A stretch of DNA of 60,745 bases from Nitrospirota bacterium (GTDB taxonomy: Bacteria; Nitrospirota; Thermodesulfovibrionia; Thermodesulfovibrionales; UBA1546): assembly GCA_009773185.1 (NCBI GenBank), contig WPIF01000017.1, forward strand, positions 1 to 60,745, given 5' to 3'. The notes under the pieces were generated by a model. The model searched no databases. It was not told where the DNA came from and saw only the letters and a program-made list of their open reading frames with translations. Each line of letters begins with the position of its first letter. The first letter of the stretch is position 1. The position numbers and the translations under genes are program-made. Below, piece by piece: positions 44,110 to 53,177 of this stretch.

Positions 44110-45543
44110 ATGAAAACGAAGGGTAATTTTATTTCTTTAATCAGCGTAATCTTTCTCCTGCTTGTGGGTATGGCGATGGGAGGGTGCGGGACCGCATTGA
44201 CACAGGCGGCAAAAGAAGGAGACATCTCTGCCCTCCAGAAACTGATTGAGGAAGGTGCAGATATTAATGAAGGCGCTATAGTAGGAGGTAGTATGAATGG
44301 CTCGCTTTTAAGCCAAGCTGCATACTACTGCCGTATTGAGGCGGTAAAGTATTTAATACATAAAGGGGCTGATATAAATAATGCAACAGGTTGGACAGAT
44401 TATGGTGCTAGTGGTGGAGGGTTGAGACCTTTGCATATGGCTGCAAGATCTGGTTGCACAGAGGCAATAAAACTTTTGCTCGATGCAGGCGCTGACATTG
44501 ATGTAAGAGCAAATAAGATGTTCGGGTCTGCTCTGGCAATAGCCGCATATCATGGTAATATTAAGAGCGTAAAATATTTAATTGAAAGAGGGGCTGACGT
44601 TGATGATGCAAGCCAGGTTCTTAAAGGATTGGCAGATGACAAAATGAAAGGGAGAGGTGGTAAAGAAGGCCTGGCATTGCTCCAGAAGTTTGAAAAGCAG
44701 AAAATTGCGATCCGGCTTTCTGAAAATATACCTCCTTCCATTGTTGCCAAATCCGATGTTGACGAACTTCCTGCAATAAAAGCAAAACTAAATAGAAACT
44801 CCTACGCTATCGTTATCGGCATCGAGAGCTACCGCCAGAAGCTTCCAAAGGCTGATTATGCGGTAGCTGATGCAAAGGCAATGACAGAATATCTCACAAA
44901 GGTCATGGGCTATCCGGAGGAAAATGTAATAACACTTATCAATGAGCAGGCGACAAAAAGTGATTTTGAGAAATATATCGAAGAATGGCTGCCGAAGAAC
45001 ATTGAACCAAACAGCTCAGTGTTCATCTACTACTCAGGGCATGGTGCGCCTAATACCAAGACAGGTGATGCGTTCCTGGTTCCTTACGACGGCGACCCTA
45101 ACTTCATAGAAAAAACAGGATATCCGCTTAAAAAACTTTACGACAACCTTTCCAAACTTCAGGCAAAGGGAGTAATCGTTGCACTTGATTCCTGCTTCTC
45201 GGGCGCAGGAGGGCACAGTGTTCTCGCACAGGGAAGCCGTCCTCTGGTCATGAACCTTCAGACAACTCTATCTCCCGCAAAAAATATGATAATCATGGCA
45301 GCATCATCCGGCAGCGAAACAAGCTCGACTTATAACGACAAGGGACATGGCTTGTTTACGTACTTTATGCTTAAAGGCATAAAAGGCGAGGCTGATATGA
45401 ATGAGGACGGCAAAATAGAAATAGAGGAGTTGTACCAGTACATGAAACCCAATGTTCAGAAGATTGCCAGAAGGCTTTATAATAATGAGCAGACGCCTCA
45501 GTTGATAGCGCCCGAGAAACAGAAGATATTCTTAAAGGATTGA
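44110..45543 (+). CDS. ankyrin-repeat lipoprotein with C-terminal caspase-like domain
   Basis: 'MKTKGNFISLISV...MGGC', ankyrin repeats, 'YYSGHG' / 'DSCFSGAGG', C-terminal 'LYNNEQTPQL'. Preceded by a conserved leader / 24-codon uORF (44011-44085). Confidence 0.7.
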   Translation: MKTKGNFISLISVIFLLLVGMAMGGCGTALTQAAKEGDISALQKLIEEGADINEGAIVGGSMNGSLLSQAAYYCRIEAVKYLIHKGADINNATGWTDYGASGGGLRPLHMAARSGCTEAIKLLLDAGADIDVRANKMFGSALAIAAYHGNIKSVKYLIERGADVDDASQVLKGLADDKMKGRGGKEGLALLQKFEKQKIAIRLSENIPPSIVAKSDVDELPAIKAKLNRNSYAIVIGIESYRQKLPKADYAVADAKAMTEYLTKVMGYPEENVITLINEQATKSDFEKYIEEWLPKNIEPNSSVFIYYSGHGAPNTKTGDAFLVPYDGDPNFIEKTGYPLKKLYDNLSKLQAKGVIVALDSCFSGAGGHSVLAQGSRPLVMNLQTTLSPAKNMIIMAASSGSETSSTYNDKGHGLFTYFMLKGIKGEADMNEDGKIEIEELYQYMKPNVQKIARRLYNNEQTPQLIAPEKQKIFLKD

Positions 45544-45630
45544 GATAGCAATAGCTGTACTAATTTAATTAAGATTCTTTTGCTTTGTGATAAAATAGCT
45601 AAAGAATATAAAAAGTTTGGGGGTGAGACG

Positions 45631-45834
45631 ATGAAGACGGTTAAGATTGTTTTGCCGGAGAAACTTGGCATGGAGCTTAAGAATTATGTAAAAAGCGGAT
45701 GGTTTATTGATGAGTCAGAGGTTCTGCGAACTGCTTTGCAGGAATTCATTCGTCATAATCGGCTTAAGTTGATGGAAAAATTTATGAAGGAAGATATTGA
45801 GTGGGCATTAAAAATAAAAGCCGGCGCTAAATGA
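45631..45834 (+). CDS. UPF0175-family small protein (antitoxin-like partner of DUF3368)
   Basis: 67 aa from ATG 45631 (RBS GGGGTGAG). '...SEVLRTALQEFIRH' is UPF0175-like. 4-nt overlap with the downstream PIN gene. Confidence 0.5.
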   Translation: MKTVKIVLPEKLGMELKNYVKSGWFIDESEVLRTALQEFIRHNRLKLMEKFMKEDIEWALKIKAGAK

Positions 45835-46334
45835 GCATTGTTGTTTGTGATACCGGCCCAATTATCCACTTGAAAGAAGCAGGGCTTTTAAAACTTCTCA
45901 AAGAGACCGGCAAAATCTATATACCTCAAATGGTAGAAACCGAACTCAGCGAAATAGACCACCTCTGGAAAAAACAGAGACCGGACTGGATATTAATAGA
46001 AACTCTCTCGTCAAGTGAAATCAAAAAGGCAGAGTCTTTAGTTTTTTCAGGGTTACTGGATTTTGGTGAGGCAGAGGCTATTATTCTGGTCAAAAAACTC
46101 AACCCCAAATGGTTTCTAACTGATGACACAGAGGCAAGAGTTCTGGCTAATTCTTTGGGTATGGAAGTGCATGGTTCTTTAGGAGTAGTATTGTGGTCTG
46201 CTGCAGTCGGTCATTTAAGCTATGCGGAATCGAAGAAAGCGCTCGATAGACTTTCTAAAACATCCCTCTGGATTTCAAAAGATATTTTATTGCAAGCTGA
46301 GGAAGCATTAAAGGCAATGTTTGAGAAGATCTAA
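45831..46334 (+). CDS. DUF3368 PIN-like nuclease domain protein
   Basis: 167 aa. 'IVVCDTGPIIHL' is the DUF3368 N-terminus (PIN Asp). Acidic residues at 'LTDDTEA'. Confidence 0.6.
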   Translation: MSIVVCDTGPIIHLKEAGLLKLLKETGKIYIPQMVETELSEIDHLWKKQRPDWILIETLSSSEIKKAESLVFSGLLDFGEAEAIILVKKLNPKWFLTDDTEARVLANSLGMEVHGSLGVVLWSAAVGHLSYAESKKALDRLSKTSLWISKDILLQAEEALKAMFEKI

Positions 46335-46355
46335 AGTGCGGAAGAGATTATTTGG

Positions 46356-47667
46356 AGGTGGGGTTATGAAAATCAAGGGTAATTTAATTTCTTTAATTAG
46401 CGTGCTCTTTATTCTGTCAACGATTATGGCGATGACAGGTTGTGCGACAACGCCATTAAGGGACGCAGTAGGAAAGGGTGATATTAACACTGTAAAAGAT
46501 ATTCTTGATAAGGGTGGTGATATAAATGAAAAATACTATGGCATACCGCTTTTGCATGTTACGGTTGTTGATCCTATCTGGGGATTAAATACAATTGGAT
46601 GTCGCACTGAGATGGCAAAAGTTCTGCTTGAACGGGGTGCTGATGTAAATGCTAAGGACACTTCGTGGAATGTAGGTCCCTTGGCATTGGCGGCATATGG
46701 GGGATGTAATAGGATAGTAAGCTTCCTGGTTGAAAGAGGGGCTAATGTAGATGAAGCTATATCCCAACTAGAATCTTGGTTTCTTAAAGGGAGTGAGTCC
46801 AAATCTGGCATTAAAATACTTGAGAACACAAAAGTAAAACAAGACAGGGTTAAGCAACCCACTGTAGCCTCTATGCTTTCTCCTACTCTCACATCCGACG
46901 TTGACGAACTTCCTGCAATAAAGGCAAAACCAAATAAAAACTCCTATGCCATTGTAATCGGAATAGAAAACTACCGGCAGAAGCTTCCAAAGGCAGATTA
47001 TGCTGTAGCTGATGCAAAGACTGTAACTGAATATCTCACAAAGGTAATGGGCTATCCGGAAGAAAATGTTGTAACTCTCATGAACGACCGGGCGTCCTTG
47101 ACGGATTTTATAAAATACTTTGAAAAATGGCTTCCGAATAATGTTGAAAAGGACAGCATGGTGTTTGTGTACTACTCAGGACACGGCGCGCCGAATACAA
47201 AGACAGGCGATGCCTATCTTGTGCCTTATGACGGAGACCCGTCATTTATTGAACAGACCGGCTATCCCCTGAAGAAACTCTATGAATTACTTAACAAACT
47301 TCAGGCAAAGGAGATTATCGTTGCGCTTGATTCATGTTTTTCAGGTGCAGGCGGAAAGTCTGTAATAGCAAAAGGCGCGAGGCCGTTGGTTATGAATCTT
47401 GAACAGGATATGAAGGCTTTCGATAAGCTGACAATTTTGTCCGCTGCATCAGGAGACCAGACAAGCTCTACCTATGACGAGAAGGGGCACGGCTTATTCA
47501 CTTACTTCATGCTCAAGGGCATCAAGAACGAGGATGTTACAAGGCAGGATGGCTCGATTAAGATGGATGACCTCTTTAGCTACATTAAACCACAGGTAGA
47601 GCGCATTGCCAGAAAGCAGTACAATAACGAACAAACGCCGCAGTTGTTCGGGGGAAAACATAGGTGA
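46356..47667 (+). CDS. ankyrin-repeat lipoprotein with C-terminal caspase-like domain
   Basis: 'MKIKGNLISLISV...MTGC', ankyrin repeats, 'YYSGHG' / 'DSCFSGAGG', C-terminal 'QYNNEQTPQL'. Confidence 0.7.
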
Positions 47668-48488
47668 GATTTATGAAAAAAATACCTTTAATATTTCTCC
47701 TTCTTGCTCTTCCCTTCGTCTCTCTTGCTGCGGATAAACCCGCCTGGATTGATGCAGACGGAGAGGCAGTTATGGGTGATATCGAGACGCAGAAAGAGGT
47801 CAAGGAGAGGGCAAAGATTGATGCACAGAATAAGGCAGTTGAAAAGGCAGTCGGCGTATTCATAAGGTCTCACACTCTGGTTTCTAACAGCCAGCTTGCA
47901 GAGGACCTTATTTATGCGTCTGTAAGAGGGAAGATAGAGAAGGTTAATATTGTCAAAGAGGGATGGGATGAGAAGGACAGAAATCTTTACAGGGTTAAGA
48001 TTAAAGCCCTTGTTATGCCTGTTTATCCTGAGAAAGGCGAAGGCATATCACTAAAAATACTGCTTTCTAAAACTGTTTTAAAAGAGGGCGATGAGGTAAA
48101 AATATTTTATCAGGCAAGCAATGACTGCTATGTTTATATTTTTTCGGTTGCCGCTGATGGCTCAGTGACATTGCTCCTGCCCAATTCCATGAATCAGGAC
48201 AACCATACAAAAGCCGGCAAGTCATATGAATTCCCTTCGTCTGAAAGCAAAATAAAACTTCAGGCAAGATTTCTTCCGGGTTTTGGCAAAAATGCCGCTG
48301 AGGAAAGGATTAAGATTATAGCAACAAAGCTCAGGGAGGATATAATACCGCTCGGATTTCAGGAAGGAATGTTTAAGGTTTATGATTCCAAATCAACCGG
48401 AATGATAAGCGACCTTGTAAGAAGGCTTAATCAGCTTGAACCTGCTGATTGGGCTGAGGCAACGGTAGTTTATAAATTAAGCAGATAA
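47664..48488 (+). CDS. secreted protein with LPP20-like N-region and DUF4384 domain
   Basis: 274 aa. Signal peptide. 'DEVKIFYQASNDCYVYIFSVAADGSVTLLLPN' matches DUF4384, a domain known to co-occur with caspase domains. ATGA overlap with the upstream caspase gene. Confidence 0.6.
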   Translation: MRFMKKIPLIFLLLALPFVSLAADKPAWIDADGEAVMGDIETQKEVKERAKIDAQNKAVEKAVGVFIRSHTLVSNSQLAEDLIYASVRGKIEKVNIVKEGWDEKDRNLYRVKIKALVMPVYPEKGEGISLKILLSKTVLKEGDEVKIFYQASNDCYVYIFSVAADGSVTLLLPNSMNQDNHTKAGKSYEFPSSESKIKLQARFLPGFGKNAAEERIKIIATKLREDIIPLGFQEGMFKVYDSKSTGMISDLVRRLNQLEPADWAEATVVYKLSR

Positions 48489-48510
48489 ATTAAGGCAATG
48501 CAATACCCAG

Positions 48511-48662
48511 GAGGTAACATTTTTTCGCTCATTCCCGGGCTGAAGCAGCGACTCCTCCGCCCCAGGCGGATTCGCCGAGGCGAAGAGGAATTTTGCCTCT
48601 TCATCCCTTATTATTTTAAGGAATATCGGCAAAATAAAACCGTTCAAAAACATTACCGCCTG
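48511..48662. repeat. MITE-like repeat element copy (divergent)
   Basis: TTTTTCGCTCATTCCCGGG...GGAATTTTGCCTCTTC...ATATCGGCAAAATAAAACCGTTCAAAAACATTACCGCC. Confidence 0.45.
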
Positions 48663-48684
48663 TATTAAAAAAAGGGTGATTAAA

Positions 48685-50325
48685 ATGAAAGTTGTTACTG
48701 CAGAAGAGATGAGAGAGATTGACAGAAAGACCATGAGAAATTACGGGATATCCGGCTCTGTTCTTATGGAAAGGGCAGGGCTTGCCGTTGCCGGGAAGAT
48801 CAAAGAACTTTTTGAAAAACAAAAGGTCATTGTGCTTTCGGGCGGCGGGAACAATGGCGGCGACGGGATTGTTGTTGCAAGGAATCTTAGCGAGTGGGGA
48901 TGGAATGTGAAGGTAATCCTGCTTTCTAAAGAAAATAAACTTAGCCGGGACTGCCTTGAACAATACAGAATAGCAAAAAAGACAGGTGTGCCGATAGAGT
49001 TCAGGACAGAGATTACGGGAAAAGATACTCACAGTGCGATTATTGTTGATGCAATCTTCGGGACAGGCCTGAGTAAGGATATAACAGGAAAAATAGCTGA
49101 TGTTATCTCATTTTTGAACAACTCAGAATCGCCTATCGTTTCGGTTGATATTCCTTCAGGTATTTCTTCTGATACGGGTCAGGTTATGGGCGAAGCGGTA
49201 AGCGCAGATTATACGGTTACATTCGGCCTTCCAAAGAGAGGGCATTTTCTTTATCCCGGTGCGGAATATACAGGTAAGCTTTTCATTGAGGATATAGGAT
49301 TTCCTGAAGAACTTATTCACTCAGAAAAACTTAATGTAGAGTTTCTTGAAAAAATGGATGTGTCCCTTTTAATTCCGGAGAGGCGGCGATATTCACATAA
49401 GGGAGACTATGGCCATGTGCTTGTTATTGCCGGTTCCAGAGGAAAGACAGGCGCTGCATTCATGTGTGCAAAGGCATGCCTGAGGGCAGGGGCAGGGCTT
49501 GTAACAATAGGGGTTCCTGAAACATTGATGGATGTCTTTCAATCAAGGGTTACAGAGGAGATGACGTTGCCTCTGCCAGACAGAGGGGATGGAACTTTGT
49601 CATCAAAGGCTTCTGATAAAATACTGGCTTTTATCGCAGATAAGGCTGATGTGCTTGCAATAGGGCCTGGAATCTCGGTAACCGATGACACCCAAAAACT
49701 TATAACCGCGCTTGTATTGAATTCTGCAGCGCCTATGGTGATGGATGCAGATGCGATAAATGCGCTTGAAGGCAATAAGTATGTCCTCAGAAGAGCAAAG
49801 GCTCCGGTAATAGTTACGCCGCACATAGGAGAGATGGCAAGACTGCTGCAAGGGTCAAAGGGTTCATCCTTCGCAGTTCATCCTTCGCAGCGCTGCGGAG
49901 AATGGATGCTACGGAGAATGGATCAAAGGGTCTCGCCTCAGGCGAGTCGCCGAGGAGACAAAGGGTCAAGAGAAATAGAGATAGACAGAATTAGTACAGC
50001 GATAAACTTTGCGAAGGAAACAGGAACATATCTTGTGCTTAAGGGAGCGCCGACGGTTATTGCTGAGCCTGAAGGAAGCGCATTTATTAACTCAACTGGA
50101 AATCCCGGCATGGCGAGTGCGGGGGTGGGAGATGTCCTTACAGGAATGATTGCAGGATTGCTTGGCCAGGGATTAAATCCGTTAGAGGCGTCAATACTTG
50201 GGGTTTTCATGCATGGGCTGGCAGGAGATATAGCTGCAAACAAACAGGGTGAGCACTCATTGATTGCATCAGATATGATAAATGCGTTGCCGGATGCTTT
50301 TCTTTCATTGAAAAAAATCAGATAG
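48685..50325 (+). CDS. nnr: bifunctional NAD(P)H-hydrate repair enzyme Nnr (epimerase + ADP-dependent dehydratase)
   Basis: YjeF-N 'GGGNNGGDG', YjeF-C 'GHVLVIAGSRGKTGAA' and 'LKGAPTVIA'. About 35 extra residues (…SSFAVHPSQRCGEWMLRRMDQRVSPQASRRGDKGS…) come from a repeat insertion. Confidence 0.8.
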   Translation: MKVVTAEEMREIDRKTMRNYGISGSVLMERAGLAVAGKIKELFEKQKVIVLSGGGNNGGDGIVVARNLSEWGWNVKVILLSKENKLSRDCLEQYRIAKKTGVPIEFRTEITGKDTHSAIIVDAIFGTGLSKDITGKIADVISFLNNSESPIVSVDIPSGISSDTGQVMGEAVSADYTVTFGLPKRGHFLYPGAEYTGKLFIEDIGFPEELIHSEKLNVEFLEKMDVSLLIPERRRYSHKGDYGHVLVIAGSRGKTGAAFMCAKACLRAGAGLVTIGVPETLMDVFQSRVTEEMTLPLPDRGDGTLSSKASDKILAFIADKADVLAIGPGISVTDDTQKLITALVLNSAAPMVMDADAINALEGNKYVLRRAKAPVIVTPHIGEMARLLQGSKGSSFAVHPSQRCGEWMLRRMDQRVSPQASRRGDKGSREIEIDRISTAINFAKETGTYLVLKGAPTVIAEPEGSAFINSTGNPGMASAGVGDVLTGMIAGLLGQGLNPLEASILGVFMHGLAGDIAANKQGEHSLIASDMINALPDAFLSLKKIR

Positions 50326-50396
50326 ATAATGAAGAAAGTCAAAATAAAACCGCTCAGATACTATATTCCTTTCTCTGGTTAATTTTTTAAGTAAAC

Positions 50397-51074
50397 ATGG
50401 AAATACTCATATTCCCTAAAATATTCGGCTCTCATGTAACTGCTTTTTTCACCGGCAAATCTCCGGGCGCTGACCTTGACAGGATTTCAAATATCGCCCC
50501 GGTCAGCAAAGAAAAGATTTATCTGCCAATACAAAAACATACGGATAAGGTGCTTTTGCTGAATTCTGATTTTAGCCCAAAGATAGCAGATGCAGTTATA
50601 ACGAAAAATAAAGGCATATTGATAAGCGTTCAGGTTGCAGATTGTGTGCCTGTGCTTCTATGCGATATGAAAAAATCCGTAATCGGCGCAGTCCATGCAG
50701 GCTGGAGGGGCACAGCAGCAGAGATATTGAAGAAAACTATAAATTCGATGTGTGATAAATTCAGTTCTGTACCCGAAGATATTAAGATAGCGATTGGGCT
50801 AAGCATAAGATTGTGCTGTTATCATGTGGGGTATGATGTGCTTGAAGCTGTTATAAAAGCAACCGGCAGCGGTGACTATCATAATCAAAAAACTGATGCA
50901 TACTGTCTTGACCTTGCAGCTGCAAACAAATATCAGGCAATGTCAGCCGGAATACCCGAAAAGAATATATGGATGTCTCAGGAATGCACTTATTGCAACC
51001 CGGACAGGTTCTATTCTTACAGGTATGCAAAAGGTTCTACTGGAAGGCAGTGCGGGTTTATTGGTATCCTTTAA
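50397..51074 (+). CDS. pgeF: peptidoglycan editing factor PgeF (YfiH/DUF152 laccase-domain protein)
   Basis: 225 aa. 'ADCVPVLLCD', 'AVHAGWRG' and 'CTYC' are DUF152 signatures. Confidence 0.75.
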   Translation: MEILIFPKIFGSHVTAFFTGKSPGADLDRISNIAPVSKEKIYLPIQKHTDKVLLLNSDFSPKIADAVITKNKGILISVQVADCVPVLLCDMKKSVIGAVHAGWRGTAAEILKKTINSMCDKFSSVPEDIKIAIGLSIRLCCYHVGYDVLEAVIKATGSGDYHNQKTDAYCLDLAAANKYQAMSAGIPEKNIWMSQECTYCNPDRFYSYRYAKGSTGRQCGFIGIL

Positions 51075-51076
51075 GC

Positions 51077-51516
51077 TAATGAAATTCTTAAGCAGAAGCG
51101 CTGAAGAAACACAGATAATAGGTTTCAGTCTTGGTAAATTGCTTAAAGCACAGGGCGTTGTATGCCTTTACGGCGAACTGGGCGCAGGCAAGACAACATT
51201 TGTTAAGGGAATTGCGCAGGCGTTGGGAATTCCTGAGAGTAATGTCACGAGCGCAAGTTTTACAATAATTGTTGAATATGACAACAAAATCCCTCTCTAT
51301 CACATAGACCTTTACAGGATTGAAAAGGAATCTGATATTGATGGGGCAGGTATCTGGGATTATATTTACAGCGAAGGCATTACTGTTATTGAATGGGCTG
51401 AGCGGCTCGGGAAGGTGCCTGACGATTTTATAAAGGTAAAATTTGCTATTATAGATGAAGTAACAAGGGATATAACAATTGAGGGTATAGATGAAAAAGA
51501 TTGGAATTATATGTAA
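51077..51516 (+). CDS. tsaE: tRNA threonylcarbamoyladenosine biosynthesis protein TsaE
   Basis: 146 aa from ATG 51077. 'LYGELGAGKTTFVKGI' P-loop. The longer ORF from 50872 overlaps pgeF and was rejected. Confidence 0.75.
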
Positions 51517-52342
51517 GTCAGGAAGGCCTGAGCCGCTGGAGATATTGAAAGACCTTCTTCCATGGTTAGGCAAAAAAGGGCTTGAAACATTTTTGGACAT
51601 TGAAACAGCCCCGATGCTCAATGCGAAAGGCTATTCGCGTTCAGAGATTCCAAAGATTGCTGAAGTGATAATTGTTTTGGGTGGTGACGGCACAATGCTC
51701 AATGTTGCCAGGCTTGTCTGTGAAAAAGGCATCCCTATCCTTGGAGTCAATCTGGGAGGTCTCGGGTTTATAACAGAGGTGCAAATAGAAGAACTCCATG
51801 ATGCGATGGAAAAAGTCCTTTCGGGAGAGTGTTCATCTGAAGAACGAATAATGCTCACAGCTTATATCCATAGGCATGGAGAAAGGATAGCGGAATATAC
51901 TGTGCTTAATGATGTTGTAATTAATAAAGGTGCGCTTGCAAGGATTATAGACCTTGAAACTTACATTAATAAGACATATGTAACGACCTTTAAGTCAGAC
52001 GGGCTTATAGTGTCAACACCAACCGGCTCGACAGCATACTCATTGTCAGCAGGAGGGCCTGTTCTGTATCCAACGCTTGACAGTATTGTTGTAACGCCTA
52101 TATGCCCTCATACCCTTACTAACAGGCCTATTGTTCTTCCTGATGATGTCTTGATTGAGATAGTGCTTAAATCCCAGAGCGAGGATGTTTTTCTAACGCT
52201 TGACGGCCAGGTGGGATTTTCTTTGAGGAAGAATGATGTTGTGGAAATTAAAAGGTCACCTTTCAGGACAAAACTCCTCATCCCGTTTGAAAGGGATTTT
52301 TTTCAGGTGCTAAGGACAAAGCTTAAATGGGGAGAGAGGTAG
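51491..52342 (+). CDS. nadK: NAD(+) kinase
   Basis: 283 aa. 'VLGGDGTML', 'NDVVINKG' and 'STPTGSTAYSLSAGGP'. Confidence 0.85.
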   Translation: MKKIGIICKSGRPEPLEILKDLLPWLGKKGLETFLDIETAPMLNAKGYSRSEIPKIAEVIIVLGGDGTMLNVARLVCEKGIPILGVNLGGLGFITEVQIEELHDAMEKVLSGECSSEERIMLTAYIHRHGERIAEYTVLNDVVINKGALARIIDLETYINKTYVTTFKSDGLIVSTPTGSTAYSLSAGGPVLYPTLDSIVVTPICPHTLTNRPIVLPDDVLIEIVLKSQSEDVFLTLDGQVGFSLRKNDVVEIKRSPFRTKLLIPFERDFFQVLRTKLKWGER

Positions 52343-52370
52343 AGAAGTTGTCATCTTACAGATATTAACT

Positions 52371-53177
52371 ATGAGCCAAAAGCAGATGAGCAATATTGCA
52401 GAAGATATAAAAGACATCCTCAGGTTTTATCAGGCGATGGGAATTGAGAGTGTGCCAATAAAGATTGTGCAGAAATACAAAAGTGCGGTCTCCTCGGCGA
52501 CTCGCCTGAGGCGAGAAGCGCGGAAGCCGGATCCCGGAGGGCCGGCAGTGGTTAGTGAAGATATTAAAGCTGACACCTATCACCCAACATCTAAGGCTTC
52601 ACCTGTTGCACGCCTGTCCACGGCTGAAAAGGCTGTTGCACTGAAGGCATTGAGAGAAGAGATTGGCGACTGCACAAGGTGCAAGCTTTCAAAGGGAAGG
52701 ACAAATCTTGTCTTTGGTGAAGGGAATATTGATGCAGAAATAATGTTTATAGGCGAGGGGCCCGGCAAGGAAGAGGACTTGCAGGGAAGGCCATTTGTCG
52801 GAGATGCAGGCCAGTTATTGACAAAGCTCATAGAAAAAATGGGTTTTAAGAGAGAGGCTGTCTATATAGGCAATATAGTGAAATGCAGGCCTCCCTTGAA
52901 CAGGGCTCCTGAAGATGATGAAATTAATTCGTGCGTTTCTTTCATTAAAAGGCAGGCAGAGATAATCTCTCCGAAGGTTATAATTGCGCTGGGCCGCATC
53001 TCTGCGCAGACACTGCTTGCTTCAAAGATTACTATAAGCAGGCTGAGGGGAAGGTTCTACGAATATTGCGGTATACCGCTTATGCCGACATTTCATCCTG
53101 CATATCTTCTGAGGAACCCAAAGGATAAAAGGCTTGTATGGGAAGATGTTCAAAAGGTTTTGGAAAGATTGAAATGA
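52371..53177 (+). CDS. family 4 uracil-DNA glycosylase with N-terminal extension
   Basis: 'CTRCKLSKGRTNLVFGEGN', 'FIGEGPGKEEDLQGRPFVGDAGQLL' and 'FHPAYLLRNP'. About 100 aa of N-extension carries a palindromic 29-nt insert. Confidence 0.75.
   Translation: MSQKQMSNIAEDIKDILRFYQAMGIESVPIKIVQKYKSAVSSATRLRREARKPDPGGPAVVSEDIKADTYHPTSKASPVARLSTAEKAVALKALREEIGDCTRCKLSKGRTNLVFGEGNIDAEIMFIGEGPGKEEDLQGRPFVGDAGQLLTKLIEKMGFKREAVYIGNIVKCRPPLNRAPEDDEINSCVSFIKRQAEIISPKVIIALGRISAQTLLASKITISRLRGRFYEYCGIPLMPTFHPAYLLRNPKDKRLVWEDVQKVLERLK

Noticed and set aside
50872-51516. Long 214-aa form of the tsaE ORF
   Set aside because: Its first 68 codons overlap pgeF in another frame. The TsaE homology (P-loop GELGAGKTT) begins after an internal ATG at 51077, directly after the pgeF stop.
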